A stretch of DNA of 64,000 bases from the NCBI GenBank assembly GCA_965206745.1, contig OZ242220.1, positions 1,184,001-1,248,000 of the forward strand, read 5' to 3'. Within the stretch, counting starts at the first letter, position 1, and each line of letters begins with the position of its first letter. Under the pieces are notes generated by a model. That model made no database searches. It was given only the letters and a program-made list of their open reading frames with translations, and was not told where the DNA came from. The stretch comes from Nitrosopumilus sp. GTDB lineage: Archaea; Thermoproteota; Nitrososphaeria; Nitrososphaerales; Nitrosopumilaceae. Positions 50,411 to 59,630 of this stretch are shown in pieces. A program made the position numbers and the translations under genes.

Positions 50411-50964
50411 ACATCATTTAATATTAACTGAAAAACCATATTTCAGACTAGACAAAATTAGGCTAGAAGGTGCATTCTTTGTTTGTGATTTTGTCTTCAA
50501 GAGAACTTGACTCAGCATTTGCAGCAGATTTGCAATTTTAAAATCTAGGAAGTATTATAAATTACAGTCAAACATCGTGCTCATCTTTTCCTCTCTATAC
50601 TTGGTTGCAGTGAATATGTCCAAGATTTTGACAGGGCGTGAATGTGTTGTGGAGGTCCAACCTCAAATATTTGGTTGCAACCATGTATGGCAGGAACATT
50701 CTAAAAGTTTGCCATCATGTATATCTCCATATTTTTTCTCACAGGCACCCCCCACTCTTTTTGCAGTTTTTTCAGCAATTCTTTTCATGGGTTTCTCCTC
50801 AATATGGATTCTATTTGAAAAGTTCGTGCAATTGAAAAATGTGATCACGGCATCTGCCAGAGGGGGTAGGACGTTATTTTTTGATGAGATCATATTTTTT
50901 GGGAGATATTATGGAAACATGCAAAGATAAGAAAGTTAAAAGGGGTTAAGATCACAGGGAATCT

Positions 50965-51096
50965 ATGAAGGCCAGATTCAATGGGAAATGCGTAGAGTGT
51001 GGGGATGCCATTAAAACAGGTAAAGAGATACTGAAAAACTCCAAAGATCAGTGGGTGCACAAAGCATGCTGTGATCTGGAAGATGAATTACCATAG
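50965..51096 (+). CDS. Small zinc-binding protein (43 aa)
   Basis: Not in ORF track. MKARFNGKCVECGDAIKTGKEILKNSKDQWVHKACCDLEDELP has CxxC...HxxC. Confidence 0.75.
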   Translation: MKARFNGKCVECGDAIKTGKEILKNSKDQWVHKACCDLEDELP

Positions 51097-51141
51097 CAAG
51101 TACAAATTAATAATAAATTTTTTAAAGGACTTTGTAAAACG

Positions 51142-51573
51142 ATGTACCATATGAGTACAAAGACAAATATTCTGCTAATGGCCTCAATTATGACGATATT
51201 TGGGATCATTGTGATTCCGGGAGATGTCTCTGCAGAGTCAGGCCAGATTACAATTACCCCAATTGATGGGGAGATCAGTTTGGAGAAGACTGTAACCACA
51301 ATGAATGTTCCGCAAGACAACAAGCTTCCTTGGGGAACGGTGGTAGGGGAGGCAGACGATATTGCCGAAAGATATCCCGTGATAATTCAATTTTACAAAG
51401 GTGAAGACCCAGTACACTTTGCACAGGTGGACGTAAAGGGTGATGGTTCTTATGAATACAAATTCAGAATTAGGAATCTGGATTTGGACACAGGCAAATT
51501 TGTAAATGTCTTTGAAGGAGACTATACTGTAAAAATCTACAAAGTAATTCCAAATACCAACAATTCAGTATGA
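51142..51573 (+). CDS. Exported hypothetical protein (beta-rich)
   Basis: Signal peptide ending VSA; beta-strand pattern GSYEYKFRI...GDYTVKI. Confidence 0.78.
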   Translation: MYHMSTKTNILLMASIMTIFGIIVIPGDVSAESGQITITPIDGEISLEKTVTTMNVPQDNKLPWGTVVGEADDIAERYPVIIQFYKGEDPVHFAQVDVKGDGSYEYKFRIRNLDLDTGKFVNVFEGDYTVKIYKVIPNTNNSV

Positions 51574-52185
51574 TCAACAAGGCATACCAGACTCCCTTTT
51601 ATCAAAGATAAAACAACCATTCAAGCTCATCGGGGAGTCTTGAAGATGATACTCCTATCAAATAATTTTCCATCACCAAATGATTCACCAACTTTAGAGA
51701 TTGAAAGGATGATGGGCCCCATGTCTGCCAAAATTTGACGTGGATGGCTTACTGTAGTTGCACCAAATGAATCGACAGGATGTGAAACAATGGCAGAAGG
51801 AAGACATCATTAGAAAACAATCCAAGAGATTTTTTAATGCAGAGAAAATATCGTGGCAGTACTATGGAATTGTGTCCTGTTTCTTTAATGGTTTTTTCAA
51901 GTTTTTGTAATTTTTCAGGGTCAGATTTTACCCACAGGTACATTCTATCCAGATGAGGGATCCAGTTATACAATATGCCAAAAATGCACTATGGCCTTTA
52001 TCTTTTAATTTTGAGACTGCCCATTTTCGGACTTTGATTCTACGTCTTTCTGATCTTGCCGACACAGGAATCACTGCAATTCTCATAAACATGAGTGATT
52101 GCAGAGCAAGGATTCAGGCCAAATTCAAGAGGGCAGATCATGTCATAGAATTCATATACTGAATATCCAAACCAAGAGCTAGAAA

Positions 52186-52725
52186 ATGAGCAAGAATTTT
52201 TGGCACGACATAGAATCAGGCAAGGATATTCCAGAGATAGTTAACGCAATTGTGGAGATACCCAAGGGTTCGATGAACAAATACGAGTATGACAAAACGC
52301 ACAACATGATAAAATTAGACCGGGTGTTATTTTCACCATTTCACTATCCAGGGGATTATGGACTGATCCCACAGACATTGTCAGAGGATGGGGACCCACT
52401 AGATGTGCTAATACTAGTGACAAACCCAACATACCCGGGAATCTTGATTGAGGCAAGACCCATCGGACTGCTTCAAATGAAAGATGACGGCAAGTTAGAT
52501 GACAAAATTATTTGTGTTGCGACAAACGATCCGAGATATTTGCACACAGTAGACATTACCGATATTGAGGATCATTATCGCTCAGAAATTGCACATTTTT
52601 TCCAAGTTTACAAAGATTTGGAAGGAAAGAAGGTGGAGATCATAGGATGGAAATCATCCAAGGAAGCAAAAATCGTAATCATCGAATCAATAAAAAGATA
52701 CAAGAATACCCTGAAAAAATATTAG
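52186..52725 (+). CDS. ppa: Inorganic pyrophosphatase (family I)
   Basis: EIPKGS.NKYE, DRVL, YGLIPQT, DGDPLDV, FFQVYKDLE. Confidence 0.97.
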   Translation: MSKNFWHDIESGKDIPEIVNAIVEIPKGSMNKYEYDKTHNMIKLDRVLFSPFHYPGDYGLIPQTLSEDGDPLDVLILVTNPTYPGILIEARPIGLLQMKDDGKLDDKIICVATNDPRYLHTVDITDIEDHYRSEIAHFFQVYKDLEGKKVEIIGWKSSKEAKIVIIESIKRYKNTLKKY

Positions 52726-52726
52726 C

Positions 52727-52981
52727 ATGTCAAAAGAATGTGAACATTTTGTCCAAGTGAGAAAGGTTTCTCAGAACACAAGAAATTGTCAAGAGTGTGA
52801 AAAAGAGCACCTTCCAGTAGTTGCGATCAGAATGTGTTTAACATGCGGCCATGTTGGTTGCTGTGATTCATCTATTGGCAAACATGCAACAAAGCATTTT
52901 GAGGAGACAGGGCATCCGGTGATGCAGGCAGTTCCAGAAAACATTTGGAAGTGGTGCTATATTCATGAAGAGTATTATTGA
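52727..52981 (+). CDS. Stand-alone UBP-type zinc finger protein
   Basis: CEH...CQEC...RMCLTCGHVGCCDSS..KHATKHFEETGHPV...WCY. Confidence 0.9.
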   Translation: MSKECEHFVQVRKVSQNTRNCQECEKEHLPVVAIRMCLTCGHVGCCDSSIGKHATKHFEETGHPVMQAVPENIWKWCYIHEEYY

Positions 52982-53039
52982 TTGGTCATACAAGTTGTGA
53001 CAGTGATTTTGGAGAGCGGGGGAAATTCTGAATCGAGGT

Positions 53040-53600
53040 TTAGTCGTAAACCATTAATTCTTTTTCTTCAAGTAAAGCATGGATTTGGTTTACAGAACGA
53101 TGGACGTCTTTTTCAAGTTTTGCCCCAACACACACCAGTTTGCCTGATGCAAAAATTAGAATTACAGTTTTTGGATCAAGCATCCTGTGAATCAATCCAG
53201 GAAACTGTTCTGGCTCGTACATACTTCTAGGAAGGGTTCTGGCTGCCTGCTCCAAGTTTACTTTGCCTCCAAGATTAATCGAGGACACTATATTTTGTAT
53301 TGAAACTATGGGCTCGTTTTTGATTTTTATCTTGCCTTTTCGTAAGATTTTCACTACCTCAAATACGGCAGTTTCTGCCAACACCTGAGATTTTGCACCA
53401 GTGCATACCATCTTGCCTGAGCCAAAAAGCAGTGTGGCAGTCTTTGGACTTTTTAGTCTGAAAACGGCACCGGGGAACTGCTCTGGATGATATTCAACAG
53501 CAGGGAATTTTTTAGTAATATCTACAAGGTCTAGTTTTTGCTCTATAGTTGCAGAGGCTACAACATTTACAATTGCAATGATAGGTTTGGTTTGAGTCAT
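53040..53600 (-). CDS. tbp: TATA-binding protein
   Basis: Two repeats of NVVAS/NIVSS...YxPEQFPG...LxFxSGKxVCxGAK. Confidence 0.97.
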   Translation of the reverse strand: MTQTKPIIAIVNVVASATIEQKLDLVDITKKFPAVEYHPEQFPGAVFRLKSPKTATLLFGSGKMVCTGAKSQVLAETAVFEVVKILRKGKIKIKNEPIVSIQNIVSSINLGGKVNLEQAARTLPRSMYEPEQFPGLIHRMLDPKTVILIFASGKLVCVGAKLEKDVHRSVNQIHALLEEKELMVYD

Positions 53601-53604
53601 CTCT

Positions 53605-54537
53605 TTATTTTCCTCCCACCATGTCCATATTTTGGTCTAATCGTAATCCTTTGTATCTATTTCTAATTGTTACCTCTGTGACATTGGCGGCTTCTGCAAT
53701 GTCTCGCTGGGTCTTATCCTCACCGTTTTTGACACAAGACAGGTATAATGCAGCTGCGGCCAATCCCATTGGATCCTTTCCAGCAGACTCTTCATGTGCT
53801 TGTGCATCCTTGAGCACTTTGACTGCATACCGCTTAGTCTTTTCTGTAATTCCAATGGAACTTGCAATTCTTGCAACGCATTGAACAGGATCTACAACAG
53901 GCATCTTTAGTTCTAGTTCTTGGTGTAAAATTCTATAACATCTTGAGATATCTTTTTTCTTAATGTTGCCTGCATCTGAAACATCTTTTAAGGTTCGAGG
54001 AGTTTCAGTGTCTCTGCATGCAGCATAAAGAGATGCCGCAATCAAGGCAGAGATTGAACGACCCTTGACAAGGCCTTTCTCCAATGCTTTTCTGTAAATG
54101 TACGATGCCTTTTCAATAACTGCATCAGAGAGTGAAAGTTTATCTTTTAATGTCGATAGTTCGCTTAAGGCCTGTCTGAGATTTTTATCAGATGAGGCGT
54201 TGACTTTGCTTCTGCTATCCCATGTTCTTAACCGTTCAATGGTACTTTTCATGGTAGAAGTGAGAGGCTTTCCTGAAGAATCTTTATTGATGGGACTGAT
54301 GATTGTTGCAAGTCCCCTGTCATGCATTGCCAGTGACGTGGGAGCTCCGGTTCTAGTCGGATCTGTACCGCCTTCTTTTGAAAATGATCTCCATTCAGGT
54401 CCAGAATCTTGCAATGTCTCAGTAATGACATAACCGCATTTTCCACAGAAACGCTCTCCAGTGACATTATCAGTCAACATGGAATTTTTTCCACAACGAC
54501 CACATGCCGAATCCGCGTTAATCATTTCTAGAACCAA
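53605..54537 (-). CDS. tfb: Transcription initiation factor IIB
   Basis: Zn ribbon CGRC...CGKCG, GPEWRSF, two cyclin repeats, VTEVTIRNRYK. Confidence 0.97.
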   Translation of the reverse strand: MVLEMINADSACGRCGKNSMLTDNVTGERFCGKCGYVITETLQDSGPEWRSFSKEGGTDPTRTGAPTSLAMHDRGLATIISPINKDSSGKPLTSTMKSTIERLRTWDSRSKVNASSDKNLRQALSELSTLKDKLSLSDAVIEKASYIYRKALEKGLVKGRSISALIAASLYAACRDTETPRTLKDVSDAGNIKKKDISRCYRILHQELELKMPVVDPVQCVARIASSIGITEKTKRYAVKVLKDAQAHEESAGKDPMGLAAAALYLSCVKNGEDKTQRDIAEAANVTEVTIRNRYKGLRLDQNMDMVGGK

Positions 54538-54757
54538 AGGAATACCAATATTGCGTTGTTGATTTCCTATATGAACCGATTTATTTGAGGATTTTCGGAC
54601 AAACGCTGAACCTAGGGATCACAGGCACGATAACCCAAAAAAGGCCCCAAAAGTGGAATTTTTCACAAAAATGTCTTTTTTGCAATGAATTTTCAAAATT
54701 CAAAAAAACCCCATAACTGCCATTGATTTTTTAATAGTTACAGGGCAGCAAACACAG

Positions 54758-56530
54758 ATGTCATCATATCAGATAGGAAAGTGGGATCTAACAGAACTAG
54801 TAAAGAATCCAAAAAGCCCGGCATTTCAAAAACAGATTTGCCAATTAGAAAGACAGGCAATAAAGTTTGAAAAGATTAAATCAAGACTGGATCCAAAAAT
54901 GTCATCCAAACAATTTATGAACATTATCCATCAGGTTGAAGAAATTTCTGAAAATATGAGCAGGGTCGGCGGTTATGCATCACTTGCGTATTCTTCTGAT
55001 ACACAATCAGATGAAGCAACATCCCTAATGACAAAAATGTCAAAGTTGGGCTCTGAAATTTCAAACAAGATTTTATTTTTTGATTTGTGGTGGAAAACAC
55101 AGGTTGATGAAAAAAATGCAAAGAGGCTTATGAAAGATGCAGGAGAGATTACAGAATATCTGTCACACAAAAGACTATTTGCAAAATATGCACTAAGTGA
55201 ACCTGAAGAGAAGATCATAAACACGTTAGATGTGACGGGAATATCGGCACTTGTGAAGCTGTATGACAAGATAACCAACTCCTTTGAATACAAGATGAAG
55301 GTTGGCAATAAATCCAAAGTGATGACAAGGGAGGAACTTACAAACTATGTCAGAAGTACAAATCCAAAAATTCGAGAGACTGCATACAAGACAATTCTGT
55401 CAAAATATTCTAAAAACAAAGGAGTGGCAGGGGAAATATATCAGAATATCGTACTTAACTGGAAAGATGAAGGCATTGAGATCAGAGGGTACGAGTCGCC
55501 AATTTCTATGAGAAATATAGGCAATAATGTAGATGATCAAACCATAGATTCCCTACTATCAGTTTGTAAAAAAAATTCCCCGATATTTCAGAAATTTTTC
55601 GTTCAAAAAGCAAAGATGCTAAAAATGAAAAAACTGCGAAGGTATGATTTGTATGCGCCTGCAGCATCCAACATCAAAGAAAAAAATTATTCGTACGACA
55701 AATCAGTAAAATTAGTTTTTGAATCACTTGGGAAATTCAGTAGTACACTAGAAAAATATGCCAGAAAGGTATTTGATGAAAACCACATTGATTCAGACAT
55801 AAGACAAGGGAAAAGAGACGGTGCCTTTTGCAGTACGCTTGCTCCAAAAATTACCCCATACGTGCTAGTCAACTTTACTGGCAAGTCAAGGGACGTCTTT
55901 ACCTTGGCTCATGAATTAGGCCATGCCGTTCACAGCCAGGCTGCACAAGATAGATCAATTCTTGTTCAAGATGCACCGTTGCCATTAGCAGAAACAGCAT
56001 CAACTTTTTCAGAACTGTTATTGTATGACAACATATCAGAGAAAATTTCTGACGATGAAAAAAAGGCAATGTTATCAGAGAAGATAGATGATCTGTACGC
56101 AACAATTCTAAGGCAATCATTTTTTACAATCTTTGAAGTAGATGCCCATGAGCAGATAGGGGAGGGAACCACAATAGATGAGATATCAAAAACATATTTA
56201 CAAAATCTCAAAGTTCAGTTTGGGAATTCAGTCAGCCTATCAGATGACTTTGCAGTAGAATGGAGCTGCATTCCCCATTTTTATCATACGCCGTTTTACT
56301 GCTATGCATATTCGTTTGGCAATTTATTGGCATTGTCACTATTCCAAAGGTACAAAAAAGAAAGAAAAGATTTTGTTCCCGCATACATGAGCATTCTTGC
56401 AGCAGGAGGATCAAAAAAGCCAGAAAGGTTGCTTTCAGAATATGGATTTGACATCACAGGTTCGAAGTTCTGGCAAGAGGGGTTTGATTACATCAAAGAA
56501 CAGGTAAGTACACTCTCATCATTAAATTAG
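54758..56530 (+). CDS. pepF: Oligoendopeptidase F (M3B)
   Basis: GKRDGAFC, TLAHELGHAVH, AETAS, HFYHTPFYCYAYSFG. Confidence 0.94.
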   Translation: MSSYQIGKWDLTELVKNPKSPAFQKQICQLERQAIKFEKIKSRLDPKMSSKQFMNIIHQVEEISENMSRVGGYASLAYSSDTQSDEATSLMTKMSKLGSEISNKILFFDLWWKTQVDEKNAKRLMKDAGEITEYLSHKRLFAKYALSEPEEKIINTLDVTGISALVKLYDKITNSFEYKMKVGNKSKVMTREELTNYVRSTNPKIRETAYKTILSKYSKNKGVAGEIYQNIVLNWKDEGIEIRGYESPISMRNIGNNVDDQTIDSLLSVCKKNSPIFQKFFVQKAKMLKMKKLRRYDLYAPAASNIKEKNYSYDKSVKLVFESLGKFSSTLEKYARKVFDENHIDSDIRQGKRDGAFCSTLAPKITPYVLVNFTGKSRDVFTLAHELGHAVHSQAAQDRSILVQDAPLPLAETASTFSELLLYDNISEKISDDEKKAMLSEKIDDLYATILRQSFFTIFEVDAHEQIGEGTTIDEISKTYLQNLKVQFGNSVSLSDDFAVEWSCIPHFYHTPFYCYAYSFGNLLALSLFQRYKKERKDFVPAYMSILAAGGSKKPERLLSEYGFDITGSKFWQEGFDYIKEQVSTLSSLN

Positions 56531-56534
56531 AATG

Positions 56535-56602
56535 AAATGGGGCCGACAGTCCAACGCATGGACTGCCGGCTTGTTCCCCGAACGGTTTGAATTCGATGTC
56601 AA
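56535..56602 (-). ncRNA. Candidate structured small RNA (or strong hairpin) with its own TATA box
   Basis: 12-bp GC-rich stem 56542-56570 whose single + strand A/C mismatch is a G-U pair on the minus strand; TTTAAATC on the minus strand at 56630-56623. Boundaries are approximate. Confidence 0.45.
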
Positions 56603-56639
56603 CTACAAGTCAAGAATAATCTGATTTAAACGTTTGAAA

Positions 56640-57212
56640 TTATCTCAAATCCGACTTCTTGGACCCAATTTTCCTAATAGTACCCATCAAAATTCCAATA
56701 GTGATTCCCAATTGATAAAGAAAGTACAACAAGACTTCAAAGGGATCAGGAGTGTATTGGGTAAACCTGCTTACAGCAGTCAATGCCAGTATTAAGGCAC
56801 TAAAAAAGAAAACAAATCCCTTGGTCTTCCCATCAAGATTTGTAAATTTCAGAATGACAAAACTCATCACAGTGACAGAGATTGCCAATACAGTCAAAAA
56901 CCCAGTATTTACTCCAAATATCAAAAAAAGTGAAGAGATGAATTCGCCGGGGTCATTTGCAGATAAATTAGATATGCTGATTTTCTCAGGGGAAGCAAAA
57001 CGCGGAACACTCAAAATTGCATTTATCAAAAAGAGTACAAACATGGTAATAGACACTGTTTTGACATGGTTTTGTAACCGTGGGAATCTTACAAGGATGG
57101 CCCTGCCAAGAATTATTCCCTGGAACACTCCAATACCAAAAGCACACAAAACTGCAATTAATTGAATTACAGGATGTAAAAACAGATCAGCTGAAAACGG
57201 AAGTATTGCCAT
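56640..57212 (-). CDS. Multi-pass membrane protein
   Basis: About five hydrophobic segments. Confidence 0.78.
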   Translation of the reverse strand: MAILPFSADLFLHPVIQLIAVLCAFGIGVFQGIILGRAILVRFPRLQNHVKTVSITMFVLFLINAILSVPRFASPEKISISNLSANDPGEFISSLFLIFGVNTGFLTVLAISVTVMSFVILKFTNLDGKTKGFVFFFSALILALTAVSRFTQYTPDPFEVLLYFLYQLGITIGILMGTIRKIGSKKSDLR

Positions 57213-57342
57213 ATTGTCTAGATATTGTCATACATGACCATATTAGTTGCCAGATAATCTAATTTAGTAAAAAAATAAAATAAAATTATCCAATAGAGAA
57301 AAAGACGAATAAATTTAATAGTTCAGCCTAAGAGAGCACATC

Positions 57343-58488
57343 ATGCAAGTGAAGATATCTTATCTAATGGTGATTCTAATGATAGGGATTTCTACAAATT
57401 ACGCATATTCACAAGAAATCAGCCTTTCAACATTTCAAGAGACGGCACAGGTTATTATTGATAAAAGCATATCTGAAAACGTTACAGCCTCAATCATCTT
57501 GCAAAGTACAAGCATACAGGAAATCAAAATTCCAACAGAGTTGGAACAGGGTATCAGGGAGGATGGACGAATTGGGGCAATAGTTTTTACAAATGAGGAT
57601 CAATGCATTCTAGGAGTTAGAGACGAATCATGCATATTGATTAACGTGGTAAGAAATCCAGAAAGCAAGGGAGTCCTGCAAATTCAAAACTATACGAAAA
57701 GTATTTCTGAATTATACATTGAACAGATCAATGAGGCCCTTGATATAAACGCAAAATTTCACTCAGTCTTCATACACACAGCAGATGAGACAAATAAGGC
57801 CCTTGATACTTCGGGCATAATTTCAGGGAGAGGATCGATTTCAGCAGTATACACACTGCCAATGGAGGATACGTATTCAATGTATGAAAAGACAGCATCA
57901 ATCTTGATTCCAAAAATAATTAGAGACGGTGGAGGGTTCTACGAGGTTGCAAAAAAAATATCATCTGAAGAAAATGCAAAGATGACGTTCTCAATCATTC
58001 CAACAGATGTAAAATCCCTGTTACAATTGAAATTATCAGTAAATTATCCCAACAAAGCATCAGCGATTTCAGAGGTGGATCCTTTAGAGTTTCTCAAAGT
58101 TAAAAATATCAAAAGATCGGATTATTTCAATGCTGGATTTTACCCGCTAAATTCAATTATTCAGGTAGTCATATTATCGCCTGAAAATACCAAGGTTTCA
58201 GACGTGGCAGGAAATATAATTCCCACGCAAACAATAGATGATGAAAAAATTCCAATAGACGTCAAAAAAGACGGATGGATTTTTGATCCCCAAGAAGGGC
58301 AATTGATACAAGGCAAGTACATCTTTGGAGAAAAGACATCTGTTAGCGGGGATGATTTAAAATTTTCCTTGGGCGGAAAAGAACCAACTAGAAAACCAGT
58401 ATTAGATGAGTCAATCATAGTTCTCATCATAATCACAATAGTTGCCATAGCAGCCGCAGTGTTTTATCTTAAAGGATATAAAAAATAA
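57343..58488 (+). CDS. Exported protein with C-terminal membrane anchor
   Basis: Signal peptide (AYS-Q); C-terminal TM helix followed by KGYKK. Confidence 0.8.
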   Translation: MQVKISYLMVILMIGISTNYAYSQEISLSTFQETAQVIIDKSISENVTASIILQSTSIQEIKIPTELEQGIREDGRIGAIVFTNEDQCILGVRDESCILINVVRNPESKGVLQIQNYTKSISELYIEQINEALDINAKFHSVFIHTADETNKALDTSGIISGRGSISAVYTLPMEDTYSMYEKTASILIPKIIRDGGGFYEVAKKISSEENAKMTFSIIPTDVKSLLQLKLSVNYPNKASAISEVDPLEFLKVKNIKRSDYFNAGFYPLNSIIQVVILSPENTKVSDVAGNIIPTQTIDDEKIPIDVKKDGWIFDPQEGQLIQGKYIFGEKTSVSGDDLKFSLGGKEPTRKPVLDESIIVLIIITIVAIAAAVFYLKGYKK

Positions 58489-59040
58489 CTATAGCAAAAG
58501 AACGGCAGCTGCAAAAACAGTTGTCCATTTTCCATCTTTGTCACCCTTGGTAGTTTGAGTGATGTTGCGAGTTTTGTAGATTTCTCCAGAGATAGACCAT
58601 TGCTGTCTCTTTTCATTCCATGCCTTATCAGCATCAAAAGGAATTCCCAAAGATGACGCGAGCATTTGAGCTGCAACATCCTCAGCATAATCACCTGCCT
58701 GAACTTCATTTTGTCCAAAAGATTCGTATTCGGAGAGATAACCGTATCTGGATTTATCTTTTGGTTGTGCTAGACCTACAGATGCAGAACACACACGAAA
58801 AGGCTCATTTGTTTGATTTTTAGAGTATATCGTAAAGAGGATTTGTCCGGGCGAAATTTTTTTCAGGCCTTCTTTTCTAGTGATCAATTTTGCATTAGGG
58901 GGGAAAATACTTGAAATCAAAACAAGATTGGTTCCTGCAATCCCAGCATCCCTAAGTGCATATTCAAAACTGGTCAAACGATCTTCATGAACACCCTTAC
59001 CCTTTGTAAGGAACAAATTTTTTGCAACAAGGTCTAACAT
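58489..59040 (-). CDS. pdaD: Pyruvoyl-dependent arginine decarboxylase
   Basis: SFEYALRDAGI..NLVLISSIFP (SS cleavage site), YGYLSE, WTTVFAAAV. Confidence 0.93.
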   Translation of the reverse strand: MLDLVAKNLFLTKGKGVHEDRLTSFEYALRDAGIAGTNLVLISSIFPPNAKLITRKEGLKKISPGQILFTIYSKNQTNEPFRVCSASVGLAQPKDKSRYGYLSEYESFGQNEVQAGDYAEDVAAQMLASSLGIPFDADKAWNEKRQQWSISGEIYKTRNITQTTKGDKDGKWTTVFAAAVLLL

Positions 59041-59126
59041 TTCTAAATTTCTGATAGAAAGTTATTATTTATACCTTAATTGAATCCAAATTTCGGCAAT
59101 AATTTTAGAAATTTATTGAAAATGCC

Positions 59127-59369
59127 CTAACCGGTTTTTCTTTTCTTTTTTCTTTTATCAGGTTCACTTTGGATTTGAGTCAAAAAGATAAATGTGAAAA
59201 ATGCGCCCAATCCGACGTTAATGACACCCATAAATGTGATCATCACAGTCATCGAAGGTGGAGAATAGTGGGACAGACCAACAACTATGCCAATTACACC
59301 AGTGACAAAAAACATCATCATCAAAACCTTGACTCTGGTAGGTTCGATGTATCTCATAACAGGTATCAA
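59127..59369 (-). CDS. Small two-TM membrane protein
   Basis: Two hydrophobic helices and a basic tail. Confidence 0.72.
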   Translation of the reverse strand: MIPVMRYIEPTRVKVLMMMFFVTGVIGIVVGLSHYSPPSMTVMITFMGVINVGLGAFFTFIFLTQIQSEPDKRKKKRKTG

Positions 59370-59480
59370 AATAGGGTAATATTATAAACTGACGGTGTTT
59401 TGAGAGGATTTTGGAATAAAATTATTTTTAATTGTCCACAGGTAACACTTTAAATCGTCAAAAATTTCATTTTACTTCGT

Positions 59481-59554
59481 GCCAATGTAGCTCAGCCTGG
59501 TAGAGCAATTGATTTGTAATCAATAGGTCATGGGTTCAGATCCCGTCATTGGCT
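59481..59554 (+). tRNA. tRNA-Thr(TGT)
   Basis: Acceptor GCCAATG/CATTGGC; D stem GCTC/GAGC; ATTGA-TT-TGT-AA-TCAAT; T loop TTCAGAT; TTTAAAT box about 30 nt upstream. Confidence 0.97.
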
Positions 59555-59630
59555 CCTAAATTTCTACAAGCCGTACTTAATTCAAGATCGAGCAATACGA
59601 ATAAGTAGGTCTGATTTTAAATAAATAAAA

